From Bradymonadia bacterium (GTDB lineage Bacteria; Myxococcota_A; Bradymonadia; UBA7976; UBA1532), in the NCBI GenBank assembly GCA_046290225.1, contig JBKAGE010000034.1, positions 384,001 to 448,000 of the forward strand: DNA of 64,000 nt, read 5' to 3'. The notes beneath the pieces are model-generated. The model was not told the origin of the DNA. It ran no database searches and worked only from the letters and a program-made list of their open reading frames with translations. The translations under genes were made by a program, and so were the position numbers. Shown piece after piece: positions 56,318 to 64,000 of the stretch (position 1 is the stretch's first letter; each line of letters starts with the position of its first letter).

Positions 56318-57880
56318 ATGGATACACACGCCGACGCTACGCCACTGGTCCTGGGACAGGGCCGACTCACCATCGACGATCTCGCAGCGGTGGCCCTTAG
56401 AGGCCGGCCGGTGGCCATCGACCCCGATCGCCTCGCTCACATCGGTGAGATCAGGCGAAAGGTGGAAGCGCTCCTCAAGCCCGGCGCGCCGCTCACATAT
56501 GGTGTGAACACGGGCTTCGGGGCCCTCGCCGAGGTACGGGTCGAGGCCTCTGCCCTGGCCCGACTGCAGCAAAACCTGATCCGCAGCCACACCACGGGTG
56601 TGGGCGCCCCCTACCCTGTGGCCCAGGTCCGGGCCATGATGTTGCTCCGGGCCAACGTGCTCATTCTGGGCACGAGCGGTGTACGCCCCGAGGTGCCTGC
56701 GCTTCTGGTCCAGATGCTCAACGCCAGGGTGCACCCGCTGATCCCCGAAAAAGGCAGCGTGGGGGCCTCTGGCGATTTGGCGCCCCTCGCCCACCTCGCC
56801 CTGGCCCTCATCGGCGAAGGCGAGGTCCTCGACGGCGAGGGGCATCGAGTGCACGCGGCCAACGCCCTCGCTCAGGCGGGCCTGCGACCTCTCGAGCTGG
56901 GCCCCAAGGAGGGCCTGGCCCTCATCAACGGCACTCAGGCCATGACCGCAGATGCAGCGCTGGTCTTGCATCGCGCCCGGCGCCTGTGCACCACAGCGGA
57001 TCTCGCTGGGGCCATCAGCCTCGACGCCCTGCTGGGCACCCCCACGGCTTTTGATCCCCGTGTGCAGGGGGCCCGAGGACATGACGGACAACTCAAGAGC
57101 GCCGAGAACCTGCGACGTCTCACCGCCGACAGCGGCTTCGTGGCGAGTCATGTGGACTGTGGGAAGGTGCAGGATCCGTACAGCCTGCGCTGCATGCCTC
57201 AAGTGCACGGTGCCAGCAGAGCCGCGGTGGAGCACGCGTGGATGGTGGTGGAGCAGGAGCTCAACGCCGCCACGGACAACCCCCTCGTCTTCGAGTCAGG
57301 CGACGCCCTCGAGATCATCAGCGGGGGTAACTTCCACGGGCAGCCCGTGGCCCTGGTCTGCGATTACCTCGCCATGGCTCTGGCAGAGCTGGCCAACATC
57401 TCCGAGCGCCGCATCGAGCAGCTCGTGAACCCGGCCCTCTCCAGCGGGCTGCCGGCTTTCCTCACCCCGAACAGCGGCCTGAACAGCGGCTTCATGATCG
57501 CTCAGGTCACCGCGGCTGCCCTGGTGAGCGAGAACAAAGTGCTGGCCCACCCCGCGAGCGTGGACAGCATCCCCTCGAGCGCCAACCGGGAGGATCATGT
57601 CTCTATGGGCACCATCGCCGCCCGAAAGGCCCGTACGGTGCTCGAGCACGCCGAATCCGTCCTGGCCATCGAGCTGATGTGCGGCCTTCAGGGCATCGAT
57701 CTGAGGCGCCCTCTCCAGACCGCGCCGCCCCTCGAAGCGGTCTACGCTCTCGTGAGGGCGCAGATCCCGCCCCTGGCAGAAGATCGCATCCTCTACGGTG
57801 ACATCGACGCGCTCGTGGCCCTGGTCCGTGGTGGCGCCCTCGTGGAGGCCGCCGCGGCGATCACCGGTCCACTACACTGA
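56318..57880 (+). CDS. hutH: Histidine ammonia-lyase
   Basis: [11 protein letters not shown]-forming [26 protein letters not shown]. Confidence 0.98.
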   Translation: MDTHADATPLVLGQGRLTIDDLAAVALRGRPVAIDPDRLAHIGEIRRKVEALLKPGAPLTYGVNTGFGALAEVRVEASALARLQQNLIRSHTTGVGAPYPVAQVRAMMLLRANVLILGTSGVRPEVPALLVQMLNARVHPLIPEKGSVGASGDLAPLAHLALALIGEGEVLDGEGHRVHAANALAQAGLRPLELGPKEGLALINGTQAMTADAALVLHRARRLCTTADLAGAISLDALLGTPTAFDPRVQGARGHDGQLKSAENLRRLTADSGFVASHVDCGKVQDPYSLRCMPQVHGASRAAVEHAWMVVEQELNAATDNPLVFESGDALEIISGGNFHGQPVALVCDYLAMALAELANISERRIEQLVNPALSSGLPAFLTPNSGLNSGFMIAQVTAAALVSENKVLAHPASVDSIPSSANREDHVSMGTIAARKARTVLEHAESVLAIELMCGLQGIDLRRPLQTAPPLEAVYALVRAQIPPLAEDRILYGDIDALVALVRGGALVEAAAAITGPLH

Positions 57881-57914
57881 CGCTTACACCCCCACCCCAT
57901 CACAGGAGCCCATC

Positions 57915-59575
<1,661 letters not shown>

Positions 59576-59579
<4 letters not shown>

Positions 59580-60829
59580 GCGAGGCCCGGCACGATCAGC
59601 CTGCCCCCCTCGATCTCGTCGTCGAAGGCGCCAGCGAGATCTACACCGCCGCAGGCCCCATCTACAGCGCCGGCACCCTCATCGGTGTACACGACGGTAC
59701 GGTGGTGTTCCTCGGCACCGAGAGGGCTCTCGAAGAGTCAGCCTGGCACATCGGCGGTCAAACCCGACGTCTGCATGCCCGAGGCGGGCTGATCACGCCG
59801 GGCCTCGTCGAATGCCACACCCACATCGTCTTCGCCGGTGATCGCAGCGGTGAGTATGCCCGCCGTGCTACGGGGGTGCCGTACCTCGAGATCGCCCGTG
59901 CAGGTGGGGGCATTGCCGCCACCGTCAGAGCGACCCGGGCCGCCTCGCTGGAGGATTTGGTCCGTGAAGGCCGTGGGCGGCTCGACCAGCTCGTGGGCTT
60001 TGGCGTCACCACGTGCGAGGTCAAATCGGGCTACGGCCTCGATCTGCCCACAGAGCTGAAGATGCTCCAAGCGGTCAAGGCCCTCGACGACGAGAGCCCC
60101 GTCGATCTCGTGGGCACTTTCCTCGGGGCCCACACGGTGCCTCCAGAGCACAAGGCTGATCGCCAACGCTATCTCGACCTGGTCGTGGACGAGATGATCC
60201 CTGCGGTGGCCGAGCAGGGTCTGGCGCGATTCTGCGACGTGTTCGTCGAAGCAGAGGCCTTCTCGAGTCAGGAAGGCGCCCGCGTCTTGCAGACAGGCCT
60301 CGATCATGGCCTCACCCCCAAAGTGCACGCAGATCAGCTCTCTGGCTGTGGCGGCGCGGAGCTCGCAGCTCGCATGGATGCGGTGAGTGCGGATCACCTC
60401 GAATATGTGAGCGCCTCGGGCATCCAGGCCATGGCCGCCTCAGGCACGGTGGCGGTGCTGCTCCCTGGCGCATCGATGTTCCTCGGCCAGGATGTACGCC
60501 CCCCAGCGCGGGCGCTCATCGACGCGGGGGTCAACGTGGCCCTGTCCACGGACTGCAACCCCGGCACCTGTCGGACCGAGAACCTTCAACTGATGATGAC
60601 ATTGGGGATGAGCCGGCTGGGCATGAGCCCGAGCGAGGTGCTCGACGCCGTGACGGTGAACGCCGCCAGGGCCATCGGCCTCGAAGACGAGGCGGGGATG
60701 ATCGCTGTGGGTCGCGCGGCAGATCTGGCCATCTTCGACGTGGCGAGCCACGTACACCTGCCCTATCACTTCGGGGTGAACCACACCCGCACTGTGGTGA
60801 AAGCCGGCAAGGTGATCTTCGACAGGTAG
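59576..60829 (+). CDS. hutI: Imidazolonepropionase
   Basis: CHTH, GGGI..TV.ATR, KSGYG, HADQL, DCNPG. ATGA overlap with hutU. Confidence 0.97.
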
Positions 60830-60880
60830 CCCTTTGGTGGCTTGCCTGCAGAGTAGAGTGCAGTGACTCTACACTGGCAC

Positions 60881-61486
60881 TCAGCGCAGCCGCTCTGCCC
60901 AGGCGGTCTCGAGCATCGCGGTGGTGATGGGCCCTTCTCGATGCACCACCAGCCCTCCGCCTGACAGCGCCACCACAGTGCTCCGGCCACCAGGCGTCGC
61001 ACCGCCGTCCACAAGGCCAGAGACACCGGCGAGGCCCGCGGCATCGCAGGCCTCCGGGCTCGACGCCGCCGGCTGACCCGAGCGGTTGGCGCTCGTGGCC
61101 ACCAGGGGCTCTCCCATGGCGGCCACGATGGCCTCGGCAATGGGATGACCCGTCACCCGCAGCCCCACCATGTTCGTATCCGCCGTCACCGCTCCCGGCA
61201 GTCCGGGGAACGCCGGCACCACAACCGTGAGCGGCCCCGGCCAGAAACGCTCGGCGAGGGCGCGCATGGGCGTCTCGAGCCCATACCTCTGGAAGGCCTT
61301 CACCCCCGATACCATCACTGGAAGGGGTTTCCCAGGCGGTCTGCCCTTCGCCTCGATCAGGCGTGCCACCGCCTCGCCGTCCAATGCGCGGCACATCAGG
61401 GCGTAGTTCGTTTCCGTGGGGGCCAGTACGAGCGCTCCGGCCTTGAGCTGTTCGACGGCCTCGTCTGTGGTCAATCGTGTGAGCAT
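60881..61486 (-). CDS. tsaC: L-threonylcarbamoyladenylate synthase
   Basis: PTETNY, KGRP..KPL, FWPGPLT, TSANRSG. Confidence 0.94.
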   Translation of the reverse strand: MLTRLTTDEAVEQLKAGALVLAPTETNYALMCRALDGEAVARLIEAKGRPPGKPLPVMVSGVKAFQRYGLETPMRALAERFWPGPLTVVVPAFPGLPGAVTADTNMVGLRVTGHPIAEAIVAAMGEPLVATSANRSGQPAASSPEACDAAGLAGVSGLVDGGATPGGRSTVVALSGGGLVVHREGPITTAMLETAWAERLR

Positions 61487-63075
61487 TCCGCCTCCTGGCG
61501 CTCCACCTCGATGAGGCTCTGTATCATGTCTCGGGGCAGCAGTGATCCTTCTGTGAGGCGTGCAGCGGCCAGATCGCCTGCCCGAGCATGCCAGTAGACC
61601 CCTGCCCTCGCCGCCTCACCCGCATTGAGTCCTCGTGCGAGCAACGCGCCGATGATGCCTGACAATACGTCTCCACTGCCGCCCACCGCCATGCCGGGGT
61701 TCCCGACGGGACACACAGCGATGCCGGCCTCTGGATCACCCACGAGGGTGTGCGCGCCCTTGAGCACAACAACTGCCCCCGTCTTCTCCATCAACTGAAT
61801 CAACGCCCTCAGCCGATCAGACTGCACCTTGGACGCCGTCACGCCCAGCATGCGCCCGGCCTCACCTGGGTGAGGTGTGATCACCCGAGGGCCACCATCG
61901 TTCAACATCTCGAGGCGGCCTCGGAGACCATCGAGGCCAGTGGCGTCGATGAGCACCGGTGTGGGGATCGTGGATAGCCACTGGGGCCAGTCCACCCGGG
62001 CAGCCACGTCATCTGCGAGGCCAGGGCCCAGGACCAGCGCCGAGCTGCCTCTGATCTGGGTGGAGAGGCTCGCCGTGATCTGCGCTACCCCTGCTTCATC
62101 TGACCATCCGGCTTTCACCATGGCCTCGTACGCCTGCGCAGCCAGGGGGGCCTCTACCCGAGGATCGGTGAGCAGCGTGACCCGGCCGACGCCGCTGCGC
62201 AACGCCGCGTCCAGGGCCATCCGTGCAGCTCCAGTACGACCCGGGCTGCCCCCGATCACCGCCAGGGTCCCGTACGATCCTTTGTGGCTGTAGGGGGCAC
62301 GAGACACGAAGGCCGGCGCCAGAGTCTCCGGGCCGAGCACCCATCGGCGATGTCCTCCGAGCTGCCTGAGCGCAGCCTCGATGGCCTCATCGGGGATCCC
62401 GATGTCGACCACCTGCAGGGTGCCGACCTGAGATGCCCCCGGGTAGAGCCAGTGGCCCAGCTTGCTCGCCGCGAAGGTCACCGTCTCCGAGGCCTGCACT
62501 GACGGCGTGCCTGCACGGCCCGTAAGACCCGAGACGCCGCTGGGGACGTCCACGGCGATGACCGGGCCCCGTGTGCGCGCAGACCAGTCGTTGATCCATT
62601 GGATGGCCAGAGCGAGGGCCCCACGGGGATCTCCCCGAAGCCCGGTCCCCAACAGCGCGTCGATCACCACCTGAGCCTGTTCGAAGGTGGGCAGATCGTT
62701 CTGAGACTCCACTCTGTGGATCGACAGACCCAGGCGCTCACACACCGTGAGGTTGGTCCTGGCATCTCCGATGACACCCGCTGGATCAGCACAGAGCCAG
62801 AGCGAGACGTCATAGCCGCGGCCCACCAGATATCGAGCCACCACAGCTCCGTCACCGCCGTTGTTCCCTCGACCCATGAAGATCGCCACAGCATCTCCCG
62901 GGCGGGCATGGTGATCCACTCGATCAGCCACCTGACGGCCGGCGCTCTCCATGAGGGCGATGCCATCGAGGCCCAAGGTCTCGATGGTGTATCGATCGGC
63001 GGCCTGCATCTCCCTTGGGGTGAGCACCGTACGCAGGGCCTTCGCTCTGGCAGGATGATAGTGCGGTCGACTCAT
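61471..63075 (-). CDS. nnr: Bifunctional NAD(P)HX epimerase/dehydratase
   Basis: LMESAG, GNNGGDG, DALLGTG, HKGSYG, TPHPGE, GSGDVL. Confidence 0.96.
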   Translation of the reverse strand: MSRPHYHPARAKALRTVLTPREMQAADRYTIETLGLDGIALMESAGRQVADRVDHHARPGDAVAIFMGRGNNGGDGAVVARYLVGRGYDVSLWLCADPAGVIGDARTNLTVCERLGLSIHRVESQNDLPTFEQAQVVIDALLGTGLRGDPRGALALAIQWINDWSARTRGPVIAVDVPSGVSGLTGRAGTPSVQASETVTFAASKLGHWLYPGASQVGTLQVVDIGIPDEAIEAALRQLGGHRRWVLGPETLAPAFVSRAPYSHKGSYGTLAVIGGSPGRTGAARMALDAALRSGVGRVTLLTDPRVEAPLAAQAYEAMVKAGWSDEAGVAQITASLSTQIRGSSALVLGPGLADDVAARVDWPQWLSTIPTPVLIDATGLDGLRGRLEMLNDGGPRVITPHPGEAGRMLGVTASKVQSDRLRALIQLMEKTGAVVVLKGAHTLVGDPEAGIAVCPVGNPGMAVGGSGDVLSGIIGALLARGLNAGEAARAGVYWHARAGDLAAARLTEGSLLPRDMIQSLIEVERQEAECSHD

Positions 63076-63449
63076 TGGGGCTTCACCACCAGGGCGACGG
63101 CGATGCCTGGATCATCGGCCCCCTGGCTTCGCTCGTGGGTCAGGCTCACGAGCCAGCTTTGGGACTCCGCGCCTCGGATTGTGAGCGTGGGCGCGCCATG
63201 CTCGGTGCGGCCCACCACCACATCGACGGCCCGCACCGCGATCAGTCGCTGCGCGGCGCGTTTTGCCGCGAGGCGGGCGGCGAAGCGCTCCTCTGGAAAC
63301 CGATGGTTTCGGCAATACGCCTGCTCTCGAGGGTGAAAGAAGGCGTCGATGTGGGGGCCAGCGTCACCATACGCAGCGAGCCAGTCGGACATCCACGTGA
63401 TGGGCATCGTGCTCAACGACACCGCCCCGGGGACAATGGGGGCAGGCAC
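63072..63449 (-). CDS. acpS: Holo-ACP synthase-like protein, degenerate
   Basis: F...E.AYC...RFAAR.AAK...G.P...VSLTH and position between glmM and nnr; lacks GxD and KEA. Confidence 0.7.
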   Translation of the reverse strand: MPAPIVPGAVSLSTMPITWMSDWLAAYGDAGPHIDAFFHPREQAYCRNHRFPEERFAARLAAKRAAQRLIAVRAVDVVVGRTEHGAPTLTIRGAESQSWLVSLTHERSQGADDPGIAVALVVKPQ

Positions 63450-63453
63450 CTGC

Positions 63454-64000
63454 TCAGGCCAGGGCTGTGGCGAGCAGCTCGCACAGCATGTCGCAATCGG
63501 CGGTGATGGCCCCCTCGTCGGGGCCCTCCACCATCACTCGAGCCTTGTTCTCGGTGCCCGAGTAGCGCACCAGCACTCGGCCCTCGCCGGCGTAGCGCGC
63601 CTCCACCGCTTCGATGGCCTTCATGACCTCAGGCAAGGTGTCCAGAGGTGGCTTGCGGGCCACCTTGATGCTCTTGAGGACCTGGGGGTAGTGCACCAGG
63701 GCCTGAGCGAGCTCGCTCAGGGGCTTGCCGCTGCGCACCATCACCCCAAGGACGGAGAGCGCGCTCACGAGACCGTCGCCGGTGGTGGTGTGGCTGAGGC
63801 TGACGATGTGACCCGACTGCTCGCCTCCGAGCACATACCCCTCGGCACGCATGCGCTCCACGACGTAGCGATCGCCCACCTGGGTGCGTTCCAGCTTGCC
63901 ACCAGCGGCTTCCAGGGCCCGGTTCAGGCCCAGGTTGCTCATGACCGTGGCCACCACCGTGTTGTGGGTCAGCGTGCCGTCCGCGAGCATCTGCAGTCCC
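63454..64000 (-). CDS. glmM: Phosphoglucosamine mutase, C-terminal part (runs off the window)
   Basis: TVMSNLG, VGDRYV, GGEQSGH, TTGDG, VRYSGTE. Confidence 0.96.
   Translation of the reverse strand, partial: GLQMLADGTLTHNTVVATVMSNLGLNRALEAAGGKLERTQVGDRYVVERMRAEGYVLGGEQSGHIVSLSHTTTGDGLVSALSVLGVMVRSGKPLSELAQALVHYPQVLKSIKVARKPPLDTLPEVMKAIEAVEARYAGEGRVLVRYSGTENKARVMVEGPDEGAITADCDMLCELLATALA

Overview
High-GC bacterial chromosomal segment, densely coding with about 58 genes. It is most likely from an uncultured Myxococcota-type organism; this is inferred from a PEGA-domain Ser/Thr kinase, a TIGR04552-like protein, a MYXO-CTERM-like tail and many Cys-rich lipoproteins. Core blocks: lepA-lepB-pyrR-pyrB-pyrC'-lepB2-carA; yicC-gmk-rel (no rpoZ); tRNA-Gln(CTG)/tRNA-Glu(CTC); ribA; pheA-gph-crcB-comEA; hutHUI; glmM-acpS-like-nnr-tsaC; trmL; and a fused moaD-moaE. 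No CRISPR array, rRNA, integrase or IS element was seen. Most notable observations: (1) a 920-aa lipoprotein that appears to contain a circularly permuted alpha/beta-hydrolase; (2) an in-frame Nudix(MutT)-TsaE fusion ending an operon that also has a membrane pseudokinase and a Cys-rich lipoprotein; (3) a 52-aa hydrophobic ORF missed by the ORF track, with its own promoter and RBS, just upstream of the RelA/SpoT-like TIGR04552 gene; (4) several apparent pseudoenzymes (PyrC', Mrr-like, CHAP-like, kinase, AcpS); (5) a sigma54 + IHF + enhancer-like promoter ahead of a metalloprotease, and a probably leaderless hutH. All family calls come from motif recognition by eye, not from database searches.
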